Shown here: piece after piece, positions 11,469-22,891 of the stretch
Layout of the letters: the number at the start of each line of letters is the position of its first letter
Numbering within the stretch: the first letter of the stretch is position 1
Assembly: GCA_047495785.1 (NCBI GenBank)
Contig: JBLDXI010000007.1
Location: forward strand, 1,488,001 to 1,552,000
DNA from: Lepidodermella squamata
Taxonomy: Eukaryota > Animalia > Gastrotricha
Direction of reading: 5' to 3'
DNA: 64,000 nt
Notes under the pieces: generated by a model
What the model saw: the letters and a program-made list of their open reading frames with translations, nothing else
Database searches by the model: none
What the model was told of the DNA's origin: nothing
Program-made: the position numbers and the translations under genes

Positions 11469-13252
11469 TTGATGCAGTTTCATGAAGCTAGTTTTCTTCA
11501 TATCTTGAAGCTGTCCGCGTTACAAGTTCGCTGTCGCGAATTTGAGGATGACAAATCGAGATATAGCTATGAGATTGAACTCAAGCGACAGCTTACATCC
11601 GGTGTCGAAGATTACCCTAAGAAACGAAGACGAAGTCGAAGAATTCAGCGCTCGCTAGATTATTTTTTATTGGCTTCGGGTCGGTTTTGCTACCCAACAA
11701 ACCATATTCCATCGAATATACTAATATATATCGTGCGAAGCGTGCTCAGCTGGCGGTCTTTTCACGATAATCAGTCAGAAAATGGTCCAGGGTTCTCTCA
11801 AAGTCGGGTTATCCAGCTACAGTGATGACCCCCCCCCCCCCCCCCAATGGACGGCCCTTTGCTGAAGCAGCGATGATCCCTGGCACCCCCTCCTGTTTTT
11901 TCGACCCTCCTGTTTTACACCAATAATTTCGCGGCGCTATCTGGCATGCTGTGATAAGAATTTAGAGTAATTCAGAATTCAGACTTCTCCCATCAATAAA
12001 CTCTTTCACTCTTCGTCCATATTTCAATAAATATTCTAAGAAACTTGTTATTTCGATTTTATTCAAGCCAATCATATGTACAAAACTGAGAATGTAGGAA
12101 GTTCTGCTAAGAATGTGTTGTCCGTGGCGCAGGCTGCATCGGTGCACATCATGATGCCGTCGCATGCAACATGCAAAACACTTATCTGCTAGACCTCCAA
12201 AAAAAACTTGATGACTTTTTTTTCTTAACATTGGATTGAAGATACTTACTTGTTACTCGATGCATTCTTGCCTCTTTAACCAGCTCTCAAAGGTTTCTGC
12301 GAGAAACCCGACGGAAAAACAGCAGTTAACTCGATGAACGCAACTTGAACTTCGTGCCGCAACTTGCTAGTTCGAAGCGCGCGCTTAAGCAGTCACAAGT
12401 TTGAAAAAAATACCGCCAAAACAAAATATAATTTTTGCATTCATAAATTATTTTAAAATTTAATTAAAAATCCAGGAATTAATTTTTTTTAATGTGAATC
12501 CTGTCCCCCCACGAAACCGCGGCCAAAGCGGTTCGCGTTTGCACACTGGCAGGGGGGGTTCAGCCTTTTTAAGAAACCACGTAAAAATTGACTTCGCGCG
12601 GTGACTCAAAACAACAAGTTACCTGTAGAATCTTTGAAAATAAATTATACCATTAGAAAGCTGGGGATATTAGCTACATGCTGGTCTAATTTTTTTCGAA
12701 AATATCTTCTGCTAAGGCCTTGTAATAAGTACCCAAAGTAGGTACACTTTTGCCAATTTTCTTCTATTCTGCGTAGACCTTATTATATAGGGGGCTAACG
12801 GTGTGCCTTTTTTCCTCTTCCCTGGCCATTTCCCCTTTTCGCCGCTGTCCTTTTCCCAACCCTCTCCATTCTTCGGGAGGGCACGACCGTGCCCCCACAA
12901 TTTTATCTTGCGACGCAATTTCGGCGTCACTATGAACTATGAATCCACATTATCGTCCAAAAGTAAAATCCAGCACTTACGGGCTCTGGTGAATTTATCG
13001 TGAATTTTCCGCTGAACGCCAATGGAGATCCGGCAAGCTTATAGGTTTCTCTCGGAGGTTCAATGCTTGCTAATTGAATCGGGATAGCAAGGCGTAATCA
13101 GTAATTAAGCAGTCCTCAATATAACCAGATTTATTTTAGCTTTGATTTTGAAACATAACGGAAATTCCGAGCTCAATTCCGGCCACGGTTCCAAATTCTT
13201 CTACGCTATCAGCCTCCTTTCTCCTCTTTAAGAACAATCATGTTCAATCATT

Positions 13253-15637
13253 TCAAGAAGATAAATCGCGTGGGGAACCGCCATTGCCGCTACCGTTTGG
13301 GGGACCGTTTGGGGGACGGCCATTGCTGTTACCGTTTGGGGGACCGCCATTGATGTTACCGTTTGGGGGACGGCCATTGCTGTTACCGTTTGGGGGACCG
13401 CCATTGATGTTACCGTTTGGGGGACGGCCATTGCTGTTACCGTTTGGGGAACCGCCATTGCCGCTACCGTTTGGGGGACCGGTTGGGGGACGGCCATTGC
13501 TGTTACCGTTTGGGGGACCGCCATTGCTGTTACCGTTTGGGGGACGGCCATTGCTGTTACCGTTTGGGGGACCGCCATTGATGTTACCGTTTGGGGGACG
13601 GCCATTGCTGTTACCGTTTGGGGAACCGCCATTGCCGCTACCGTTTGGGGGACCGGTTGGGGGACGGCCATTGCTGTTACCGTTTGGGGAACCGCCATTG
13701 CCGCTACCGTTTGGGGGACCGGTTGGGGGACGGCCATTGCTGTTACCGTTTGGGGGACCGCCATTGATGTTACCGTTTGGGGGACGGCCATTGCTGTTAC
13801 CGTTTGGGGAACCGCCATTGCCGCTACCGTTTGGGGGACCGGTTGGGGGACGGCCATTGCTGTTACCGTTTGGGGGACCGCCATTGCTGTTACCGTTTGG
13901 GGGACGGCCATTGCTGTTACCGTTTGGGGGACCGCCATTGCTGTTACCGTTTGGGGGACCGCCATTGATGTTACCGTTTGGGGGACCGTTTGGGGGACGG
14001 CCATTGCTGTTACCGTTTGGGGGACCGCCATTGATGTTACCGTTTGGGGGACGGCCATTGCTGTTACCGTTTGGGGGACCGCCATTGATGTTACCGTTTG
14101 GGGGACGGCCATTGCTGTTACCGTTTGGGGGACCGCCATTGATGTTACCGTTTGGGGGACGGCCATTGCTGTTACCGTTTGGGGGACCGCCATTGATGTT
14201 ACCGTTTGGGGGACGGCCATTGCTGTTACCGTTTGGGGGACCGCCATTGATGTTACCGTTTGGGGGACGGCCATTGCTGTTACCGTTTGGGGGACCGCCA
14301 TTGATGTTACCGTTTGGGGGACGGCCATTGCTGTTACCGTTTGGGGAACCGCCATTGCCGCTACCGTTTGGGGAACCGCCATTGCCGCTACCGTTTGGGG
14401 GACCGGTTGGGGGACGGCCATTGCTGTTACCGTTTGGGGAACCGCCATTGCCGCTACCGTTTGGGGGACCGGTTGGGGGACGGCCATTGCTGTTACCGTT
14501 TGGGGGACCGCCATTGATGTTACCGTTTGGGGGACGGCCATTGCTGTTACCGTTTGGGGAACCGCCATTGCCGCTACCGTTTGGGGGACCGGTTGGGGGA
14601 CGGCCATTGCTGTTACCGTTTGGGGGACCGCCATTGCTGTTACCGTTTGGGGGACGGCCATTGCTGTTACCGTTTGGGGGACCGCCATTGCTGTTACCGT
14701 TTGGGGGACCGCCATTGATGTTACCGTTTGGGGGACCGTTTGGGGGACGGCCATTGCTGTTACCGTTTGGGGGACCGCCATTGATGTTACCGTTTGGGGG
14801 ACGGCCATTGCTGTTACCGTTTGGGGGACCGCCATTGATGTTACCGTTTGGGGGACGGCCATTGCTGTTACCGTTTGGGGGACCGCCATTGATGTTACCG
14901 TTTGGGGGACGGCCATTGCTGTTACCGTTTGGGGGACCGCCATTGATGTTACCGTTTGGGGGACGGCCATTGCTGTTACCGTTTGGGGGACCGCCATTGA
15001 TGTTACCGTTTGGGGGACGGCCATTGCTGTTACCGTTTGGGGGACCGCCATTGATGTTACCGTTTGGGGGACCGTTTGGGGGACGGCCATTGCTGTTACC
15101 GTTTGGGGGACCGCCATTGCTGTTACCGTTTGGGGGACCGCCATTGCTGTTACCGTTTGGGGGACCGCCATTGCTGTTACCGTTTGGGGGACGGCCATTG
15201 CTGTTACCGTTTGGGGGACCGCCATTGATGTTACCGTTTGGGGGACCGTTTGGGGGACGGCCATTGCTGTTACCGTTTGGGGGACCGCCATTGATGTTAC
15301 CCTTTGGGGGACCGTTTGGGGGACGGCCATTGCTGTTACCGTTTGGGGGACCGCCATTGCTGTTACCGTTTGGGGGACCGCCATTGATGTTACCGTTTGG
15401 GGGACCGTTTGGGGGACGGCCATTCATGCTACCGTTTGGGGGACCGTTTGGCAGACCGCCATTGCCGCTACCGACTGGGATACCCCCTGGGAAAGGACCT
15501 AAGCCACTGCGGCTTCCGCCTGCGGAAAGTTGATCCCCACTGTCGCTACTGCTCGGAATACCGCTGGATGCATACAGAGGGAGACTTGCAGACAGAGCAA
15601 CAGCCAAAATCGTGAAGTCAAAACGCACGAAATTCAT
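13253..15637 (-). CDS. Secreted Asn/Gly/Pro-rich tandem-repeat protein (794 aa)
   Basis: Signal peptide MNFVRFDFTILAVALSASLPLYA, short unique linker, then G(G/R)PPNGN(S/I)N repeats. Confidence 0.75.
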   Translation of the reverse strand: MNFVRFDFTILAVALSASLPLYASSGIPSSSDSGDQLSAGGSRSGLGPFPGGIPVGSGNGGLPNGPPNGSMNGRPPNGPPNGNINGGPPNGNSNGGPPNGNSNGRPPNGPPKGNINGGPPNGNSNGRPPNGPPNGNINGGPPNGNSNGRPPNGNSNGGPPNGNSNGGPPNGNSNGGPPNGNSNGRPPNGPPNGNINGGPPNGNSNGRPPNGNINGGPPNGNSNGRPPNGNINGGPPNGNSNGRPPNGNINGGPPNGNSNGRPPNGNINGGPPNGNSNGRPPNGNINGGPPNGNSNGRPPNGPPNGNINGGPPNGNSNGGPPNGNSNGRPPNGNSNGGPPNGNSNGRPPTGPPNGSGNGGSPNGNSNGRPPNGNINGGPPNGNSNGRPPTGPPNGSGNGGSPNGNSNGRPPTGPPNGSGNGGSPNGSGNGGSPNGNSNGRPPNGNINGGPPNGNSNGRPPNGNINGGPPNGNSNGRPPNGNINGGPPNGNSNGRPPNGNINGGPPNGNSNGRPPNGNINGGPPNGNSNGRPPNGNINGGPPNGNSNGRPPNGPPNGNINGGPPNGNSNGGPPNGNSNGRPPNGNSNGGPPNGNSNGRPPTGPPNGSGNGGSPNGNSNGRPPNGNINGGPPNGNSNGRPPTGPPNGSGNGGSPNGNSNGRPPTGPPNGSGNGGSPNGNSNGRPPNGNINGGPPNGNSNGRPPNGNSNGGPPNGNSNGRPPTGPPNGSGNGGSPNGNSNGRPPNGNINGGPPNGNSNGRPPNGNINGGPPNGNSNGRPPNGPPNGSGNGGSPRDLSS
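13270..15470. repeat. 27-bp minisatellite with interspersed 12-bp subunits (coding)
   Basis: ccattg(c/a)tgttaccgtttgggggac(c/g)g units in tandem, with higher-order blocks. Confidence 0.95.
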
Positions 15638-15726
15638 TCTGCAAAACTTTCGATAATTAATACCAAGGGCGAGTTGGGTAATAACCGAAAAAAATTCACA
15701 TAATGACTTGAGCCTATACCTATTAC

Positions 15727-15936
15727 TTAATGCGGATCGTTGAGATGTTCAGCGCCTGAACACACACTGAAACAAGGCATCCGATGAATAATAAGCGCAG
15801 TGATCATACATGCACATAACATTATCGACGGTTTTCTTGCCCACTGCGCTTATTATTCATCGGATGCCTTGTGTGTGTTCAGGCTTTGAACATAAACTTG
15901 ACAACCTGCGACACGCATCTCGACGATCCGCATTAA
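15727..15936. repeat. ~210-nt fold-back palindrome (MITE or hairpin RNA)
   Basis: Nested arms ttaatgcggatcgttgagatg/catctcgacgatccgcattaa and acaaggcatccgatgaataataagcgcagtg/cactgcgcttattattcatcggatgccttgt. Confidence 0.75.
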
Positions 15937-16069
15937 ATAAAATACTATATTATTATTATGTTCAATTATAATAAAGTTATATAGAGCTATATACGCAAGC
16001 TTTGAAATGAAGTAGCGACTAAGTCGCATTTTTCACTTTGTTTTCATTAAAGAAACCCGGCGAAACCAT

Positions 16070-16425
16070 ATGGCTAAGGATCAAAAAGAAAATGGCTCTC
16101 GGTTCATTATTGACTTCACGCATGATGGGTGGTGTGTCTGCAATTGTTGAAAAAACTGCTACTAGGTACTACCTACTCCCATTGAGCGTGTCAAGTTTTT
16201 CATCATTCTAAGAGCTGGTCGCCTCGATAAGCCTAACTCTGGTATATTCAATTGCCTTAGCCGGGTGATCAAGGAAGACGGCGTTGGCCAGCTATGGCGC
16301 GGCAACTTGACGAACGTGATTCATTATTTCCCGAACCAAGCTCTCAATTTTGCCTTCAAGGACTATTTCAAGAAGAGTTTGGTTTCAACAAGGATGGATA
16401 TAGAAAATGGATTGTTGGCAACCTG
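16070..16425 (+). pseudogene. ANT: ADP/ATP translocase (mitochondrial carrier) 5' fragment, frameshifted
   Basis: [64 protein letters not shown]; indels; no introns. Confidence 0.88.
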
Positions 16426-17919
16426 AAATTGGGATAGTGAAACTGGGTAACTCAGTGCAGTTCCACAAGTTAACTCGTCGCATGGAAATTTCGCTGCAGA
16501 AATAAACATATTATTATTCAACTTTGAACAAATTAAAAATTTCAGAAAAACATCGTCAGCCCTAATCAATTTAGCCCTTTCACGGCGGGAAGGACGATTC
16601 CTGAATTTCGACTTTGATAGGGCACAGTAAATTCGATTTGATGAGTTAGTGATCGCCCTTTGAGGAATATGACTTCTCGATGTTGGTTAAATGACTTTGA
16701 AACAATCAGACCGCCATCTAACACCGTTTTGATGCATTTTAAAATTGATAACTGAGGTGTGAAATTTCGATTTCTTCAACAACAACAACAACATGATTAT
16801 TTTATTTTCTCATTATTTCGATATTATTTCGATGCCAGCCCGAGAGCGCAAAGCATTTACACAATTTTTAATTAACAATAAACATGAATGAGATATGGTT
16901 ATATTTCGTTCCGTATATTTAGTTAGAGATTTCTTCAATTTAAATCAATGTAACCGCGTTTTATCAGTTGGTTCGAATAACAGTACTACATATTGTCTGG
17001 CATTATTGACTTGTGTCACAATTCCATTTTTTCGAATTGATTTGTTTGCTTCATTCCATTTCGAACTTCGGGTACACCTTTCACCTGGAAAATTCCGCCG
17101 AATGTAATAAATTCGCAACAAAATTCCTCTGAATAAAAATTCTTCGGCCATTCAAACGTTCGATCAGATTATTTATAGTAGTTTTTCATCCATAACCAAA
17201 GCATTGATTGATCGGTGTGATAAATTGCCTCGATTTTCTTATAAAGTTTATAAGAAACAGATGATGCACCTAATTTTTCCCCAAAGGTCAATAAAAAACT
17301 ATAGCTCACAATGCTATGCAAATGAGCGTCAAAAATTACCCGTTAATTGTCCAACATTATTCTCAAATGTTTTCGATCGCAAAAAATCAGGTAAAAATCT
17401 TAAAATCACCAAAATTTGCCGATAATACGGCGATAATTACAAACACATTCGTACAAAAATTCATCGATCTCTGCATCAAGACTGATTTTTAAACCTCGAA
17501 AAACAAGATTTTGTCCGTGATTACCCCACCCTGCGGCATGTCGATTTGTTTAAAAAAAAACCACCCCAAGTTGGCGAGAGATTCAACCAGGCATTATCCT
17601 ATCAAGCGGATTAATTTTTTTCTCCGCGCACAATGCGATGACCAAAATCACTTGCGTCAGAGAGGCGCAATTACAACTTTTATTATTATTAATGCGCTTT
17701 CAAAGTATAAGATCAATACTTATGGGAATAGTTCTAGTATTCTTCCGCCGCATTTTTTCTATTGATTTCACGCGTTGTTTTCCTTTATACATATACAACG
17801 TGTTATAACATAGGCATCGATCGATAAAAACGGCAGAAGGCTACGCGCTAGATATATATTTGATAATAACATTCGCGCACATTTCAGGCATGTAATAAAA
17901 CACAACGCATTGAAAAAGC

Positions 17920-19224
17920 ATGCAACGAGGCCGCCTTATCTGCCCGGCAAATTGCCCGCTTAACACCGACAACTTCCACGACGACTACCTGGCGCTAGCG
18001 AACGCGACATGGTGCAAAGTTAGGCTAAAACTTCCCCCTGATACAACAACGAGTTCCACCCTTCAATCGCACTGGTACCTGTTCAGTAGGTTAACGTCAC
18101 AATTCGACCCGGACCAGGCGCAATTTATCATGTTCTACCCGCGGTGTTTAACCGGCTACTGCTCGAATTCGCAGCGGCAAGATCGTGATATCGGCCTGCG
18201 AGAGATCAGCCGATCGCAATCGAAAGAACTCCACGAAAAATTTCTCGCCGAACTAACGAAATTTCGGTTGAAAGATGTTGCGAAAGTTTTTCATAAAAAA
18301 GTGTTCGACCACCGGCTAGCTATGCAATTGTGGTGTTCGGTTTCCTCCGGTGATCATCGCAATTTTTCGGTTTTAATTCGCAAAAATTCAGCAATCATCC
18401 CGCGCTGCTACCTACAGGCCCTGTTGTACGAGGCTGTCTATAACGGCTATCCTGAATGCGTTAAAATTTGCTTGAAAAAAGGCGCGTTAACCGTGGTTTT
18501 GAACGAACCCCCGCCTGGAAGACGGCCCCACCCTAGGCCGATCGTCGCCACCGCGTCATCAATCAGCCAAGCTCTAATGACAAATCACCCAATCGACGAT
18601 TACGTTGTTATGATGAAGCTATTCCTGAATAGACGGCAGGAAGAAATGAAAGCTGGTTTAGTTTCAGATCGGGATTCGATTGAAGATTCAGTCTCAATCG
18701 CTAGTATCTCATCGCTGGCCTATCAATCGCCCGATTTATACCGGAGGTTGCTGGAAATGTTTTCCAGCCAAGCATTGGCGAGTTTGTCGAAGCGTTACCA
18801 GTTAGAAGCTGCGTTATTCACCCTGCTGAAAAAATTGCTATCGTCCGGGAAATTCGACGAGTTCGAGCTGGTTCTAAGGAATGGCCTGCTACTCCTAATC
18901 CAGGCCGGTTTTCGACTACCAGCCCGAATTAGGGCGACAAGTCAGCATCATTTAGTGCTAATCCGAACACCGATCGACGACAGGCCGCGGTTGGTTGTGT
19001 TTTTAAGGCGGATCCTAGAAGAGTACGGGCTAGTTGGCGTAGAATTCGATTCGAAAGTTCCGTTATCGCTGCAAAGGCTGTCGCGGCGTGTTTTGCTCAA
19101 TCAGCTGCCGAAGGGCCTCAACGAGCGGAATCGAGCCATCGAGTTGCTGGGCTTGCCGAAAACTGTTAGTGATTACGTGAAATTTGACGATTTATCGAAG
19201 ATGCAAAGCACTGTTAGTAACTGA
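17920..19224 (+). CDS. SOCS-box protein with ankyrin-like repeat (ASB-like), intronless
   Basis: C-terminal VPLSLQRLSRRVL...IELLGLPKTVSDYV SOCS box; LLYEAVYNGYPECVKICLKKGA ankyrin-like motif; AATAAA downstream. Confidence 0.75.
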   Translation: MQRGRLICPANCPLNTDNFHDDYLALANATWCKVRLKLPPDTTTSSTLQSHWYLFSRLTSQFDPDQAQFIMFYPRCLTGYCSNSQRQDRDIGLREISRSQSKELHEKFLAELTKFRLKDVAKVFHKKVFDHRLAMQLWCSVSSGDHRNFSVLIRKNSAIIPRCYLQALLYEAVYNGYPECVKICLKKGALTVVLNEPPPGRRPHPRPIVATASSISQALMTNHPIDDYVVMMKLFLNRRQEEMKAGLVSDRDSIEDSVSIASISSLAYQSPDLYRRLLEMFSSQALASLSKRYQLEAALFTLLKKLLSSGKFDEFELVLRNGLLLLIQAGFRLPARIRATSQHHLVLIRTPIDDRPRLVVFLRRILEEYGLVGVEFDSKVPLSLQRLSRRVLLNQLPKGLNERNRAIELLGLPKTVSDYVKFDDLSKMQSTVSN

Positions 19225-20360
19225 CGAGTTTTCGCGTGTGTACTTCCAGAATCAAATTACACTGTTAAATTTTTTTTTAATTTTAAACTACGCTATATCT
19301 ATGAATGCATGAATAAACAGCTGAGTACACAATCGTAAATTGTTTTCACTATACACACAGCATTTTGTGAAAGTGTGATGAAAAGGATTACGGGTGAAGC
19401 AGTTTTAAATATTTTTTTCCAGGCGAGATTTCGAGAGATGTTCATAGCCAGATTTTTGTCTGCTTGTGTTCAATTTTTGCTGTTGCTGTCGGGATTTTTG
19501 TTCGTTTCCATTTCGTTCGTTCTGTTTTACAAGTCGGTGACGTCACTTTTCACCTTGCTCACGGAGAAATGTGGTGATGGATTGGCGATAAATTATGGAC
19601 AAATCTCCCAAATTGTTAGTTGAAAAATTCGATTTATTGTATTTAATCTCGTGATTTTTGTTAACAGGTGCTTAGTTTTAGCCATCAAGCTAAAAACTTG
19701 GTATCTAATGTCCTGAACCTCAATGAAGTTGGCGTTGCCTCCTTCAACGATTTGTAAGGTGGGGGGACATTGGCTACCTGAGCATTCAAGCAGTACGAAT
19801 CAAAGAGAGAATTTCAAATTGAACCTTCAAGATTATTTCGATTCAGGAACTGGTGACAATCGCAACGGATCTTCTAAACGACTTCGAATAAAAATGAGAT
19901 TTTTTAAATTGAATAAATATGGCTATTTCGAATATTTCTCGTGGACTGAGTCGTCTTATTATAAAAATTTTTAAATTATATCTGGGTTTATTTTTTCTAC
20001 TTGATCAAAGGCGCGAAGTCAGGTGTGCATTGGACCCGAAATCGGAGAGTTCAGCTAATTCTCTCTGTAAAGCTGAGACTACAGGGGTTGAACATCATTT
20101 TCCGAAGTTCTATGAACTCAGGAATCTTGGTTTAGGCCAATCGCAAACTCGTCAATCATTATTAGAATAAATTTACCTTATTGAATACTTCAGCTTTCGC
20201 GAAACTAAAATTCCATGGTGAATAAAAGCTGATTTTGAAGATACAGATGAAACGTTGTAGCTTCATAGCTTCGTTGTACATAGCTTCGATCATCAATAAA
20301 TCCCAACTCCGAATAATTTGAGTCTTAGATAGAGCCCTCGCATGACCGCAGCTTAGCACC

Positions 20361-20432
20361 GGCCCGTTGGTCTAGGGGTATGATTCTCGCTTCGGGTGCG
20401 AGAGGTCTCGGGTTCAATTCCCGAACGGGCCC
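20361..20432 (+). tRNA. tRNA-Pro(CGG)
   Basis: Cloverleaf, A/B boxes, anticodon CGG. Confidence 0.93.
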
Positions 20433-20527
20433 GCAATTTGTTTTAGCTATATCATTTTCGACTACTTTGCGCTGAAGCGCGGAATCACAGCTGAAATTGA
20501 GGTCCAGAAGGTCTTGCTGGCAGCACC

Positions 20528-20599
20528 TCCCTGATGGTCTAGTGGTTAGGATTCCGCGCTTTCACCGCGGCGGCCCGGGTTCGATTCCCGGTCAGGGAA
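20528..20599 (+). tRNA. tRNA-Glu(TTC)
   Basis: Cloverleaf, anticodon TTC, T-run terminator. Confidence 0.93.
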
Positions 20600-20751
20600 C
20601 TTTTTTAACCTTTTAAATTTTGATCATGTGTGATGATGGCGTTATAAAAAGGGAGACGGAAGGCATTATGCTCAAATATTTGAGTGTCAAAATCCTCTCA
20701 TAATTTGCTTTACTTATCTTATCTTATCTTACGGGCTAGCCGAAAAAGTTA

Positions 20752-20824
20752 TGGAGGATACGGGCGTCGATCCCGTTACCTCTCGCATGCTAAGCGAGCG
20801 CTCTACCATTTGAGCTAATCCCCC
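20752..20824 (-). tRNA. tRNA-Ala(AGC)
   Basis: GGGGGATTAGCTCAAATGG...TCCTCCA, anticodon AGC. Confidence 0.93.
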
Positions 20825-20898
20825 TTCGAGATCTTCGTCATCTTAGCAGCATGAAGAAGTTACTTCCCATTAGCAAGTTACTTTGGGTAAAAAGCTTG

Positions 20899-20971
20899 CG
20901 CCCTCCGGGGGACTCGAACCCCCGACCCTGTGATTAAAAGTCACATGCTCTACCGACTGAGCTAGGAAGGC
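20899..20971 (-). tRNA. tRNA-Lys(TTT)
   Basis: Cloverleaf, anticodon TTT. Confidence 0.92.
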
Positions 20972-21098
20972 TCGTGATATGAGACGCAAATTGTTAGTCA
21001 ATGTCCGAAATCAGCAAAATTAGCAATAAAATTGAATATAATATTGGCTTTTAAAGCGTGCTACCGAAAATAAACAAAAATAATACAAAAGGAGCAAA

Positions 21099-21171
21099 TG
21101 ACGCTGATGGGACTCGAACCCACAATCTTCGGATCCGAAGTCCGACGCGATAGCCATTTCGCCACAGCGCC
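21099..21171 (-). tRNA. tRNA-Arg(TCG)
   Basis: Cloverleaf, anticodon TCG. Confidence 0.9.
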
Positions 21172-21280
21172 TCTCTTTTTAGCTGCAGCCTATGGAAGGT
21201 TTCAAGCTCTCTCTGATTGTGATTGCTCGAAGCTAGAAACAGCGTGTTGATTTGCAAATAATTGAATGGTTGGTCAAGCA

Positions 21281-21364
21281 GTCAGGATGGCCGAGCGGTC
21301 TAAGGCGCCAGACTCAAGATCTGGTCCTCGAAAGAGGGCGTGGGTTCGAACCCCACTTCTGACA
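21281..21364 (+). tRNA. tRNA-Leu(CAA)
   Basis: Long variable arm, anticodon CAA, no intron. Confidence 0.93.
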
Positions 21365-21422
21365 CAATTTTGCGACTTTTTTCTAAGAATTTCCCATTAA
21401 TAATGCGTAAAAAGTGGCCAAC

Positions 21423-21494
21423 TGGAGGCATCGGGGATTGAACCCGAGACCTTCACAATGCGAATGAGACGCTCTACCACTGAGCTATGCCCCC
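21423..21494 (-). tRNA. tRNA-Ala(CGC)
   Basis: G3:U70 acceptor stem, anticodon CGC. Confidence 0.88.
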
Positions 21495-21570
21495 TAGGCT
21501 GATCTGATTCTTAGTTGAACACTCGCTAGGTCCACATGAATGTTGGCTGTCTTGCCTAAAAACGTAGCCA

Positions 21571-21642
21571 AGGTCCCATCGAGAATCGAACTCGAGTCGC
21601 TGGATTCAGAGTCCAGAGTGCTAACCGCTACACCATGGGACC
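21571..21642 (-). tRNA. tRNA-Gln(CTG)
   Basis: Cloverleaf, anticodon CTG. Confidence 0.92.
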
Positions 21643-21673
21643 GCTCGAACATTGGCTACGGCAACGTCAGCTT

Positions 21674-21764
21674 CATTGTGTGACCACTTTTTGCTATGTG
21701 CATGACTTCTCCATACAAAAGCATTGGAGAAAAAAAATTAGAACGCGCAAGTGGTCACACAATG
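21674..21764. mobile_element. ~90-bp micro-MITE
   Basis: cattgtgtgaccact/agtggtcacacaatg TIRs; absent from the paralogous spacer near 48430. Confidence 0.6.
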
Positions 21765-21822
21765 TTTAACCTTTACTAGTAAAGTGCTTGCTATACTCTT
21801 GAACGTGTGCTGTAAAAACGTG

Positions 21823-21894
21823 TGCGTCAGCCGGGAGTCGAACCCGGATCGGCTGCTTGGAAGGCAACCATGCTGACCGTTACACCACTGACGC
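21823..21894 (-). tRNA. tRNA-Gly(TCC)
   Basis: Cloverleaf, anticodon TCC. Confidence 0.92.
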
Positions 21895-21968
21895 CTCATG
21901 AATGTGGGGACTATTATCGAAGGGAACTGTTGCAGAATTCAGATATCCAATCAGTTTTCAAAAATGTT

Positions 21969-22050
21969 CGTCGCCAGTAGGATTTGAACCTACGCGCGGA
22001 GACCGCATCTGATTTCTAGTCAGACCCCTTAACCACTCGGGCATAGCGAC
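21969..22050 (-). tRNA. tRNA-Ser(AGA)
   Basis: Long variable arm, anticodon AGA. Confidence 0.92.
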
Positions 22051-22211
22051 TTGCTGAAATACCAGTTGACCAGCTGGCTCAATATACTTGGCTATAACAT
22101 AAAGAAACCTGATTACTAATTTCCCCGAGTCACGAATGACTTCAAATATTTGCCCACTGCCTGCTGAAATTAGTTTGAGTTTCGGCTTCGCCTTGGCCGA
22201 TGGCAAAATGA

Positions 22212-22293
22212 TGGCAGCGGTGGGGTTCGAACCCACGCCTCCGAAGAGACTAGAGCCTAAATCTAGCGCCTTAGACCACTCGGCCACGCTACC
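22212..22293 (-). tRNA. tRNA-Leu(TAG)
   Basis: Long variable arm, anticodon TAG. Confidence 0.93.
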
Positions 22294-22891
22294 TTGATAT
22301 AACGGATACGGAAAACACGATCAATGAGTACCACCTTGATCTTGATATTTAAATCGAAAATTCCGAGTTATCATGAGCTATCGCTGCCGAAGACGCCGTT
22401 GTAATGGTCAATGTATTATTTTCATTTGGATGGTTTTAAACTCATCATTCGGACCATTTTCAAGAAACACGGTAATGTCGATGTCGCCACGTGCAGCGAA
22501 TTTCCGCGCAATGCATAGATGGATGGAAAAGAAACATCACTCGGACAGAAATCGCCTGGAATTTGCGCAGCCTAGAAATCAGCTCCGCCATAGTTCAGAA
22601 TGCCTTCTTTCAGCGTATTTCAGCTGCTTAAGTCAGTTCCAGCACACATTTCAGCTTATTTCGGGCCGGTTAGGGAAATTTGATTTGCGCACAATTGTGA
22701 AATCGGCGGCCGGGATCTCACAAGCTACTCTCTCGATCACTGTAAGTCGAAAGTTTGTTAACTATTGATATAGAAATCTTCGTATAACTTATTTGATACT
22801 TTATTTTAAAGCTCTTTGGCTTTTCCTATTATAAGTAAATTATCATAATGTTTTTCGCGTTTGAAATTGAATGAACAATTCAATGTAATGT

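Noticed and set aside
13270-15470. Possible CRISPR array
   Set aside because: No unique spacers; it is a coding minisatellite in eukaryotic DNA
13228-15533. 731-aa and 749-aa alternative-frame ORFs as separate genes
   Set aside because: Open only because the repeat unit lacks stops; only the 13253-15637 frame has a signal peptide and unique N-terminus
17310-17425. ATGCAAAT octamer as an snRNA enhancer
   Set aside because: Part of an interspersed repeat (copy at ~56105-56215), far from the U1 genes
21051-22287. Short ORFs over tRNA clusters (also 25765-26010 and 47876-49323)
   Set aside because: Translations of tRNA genes
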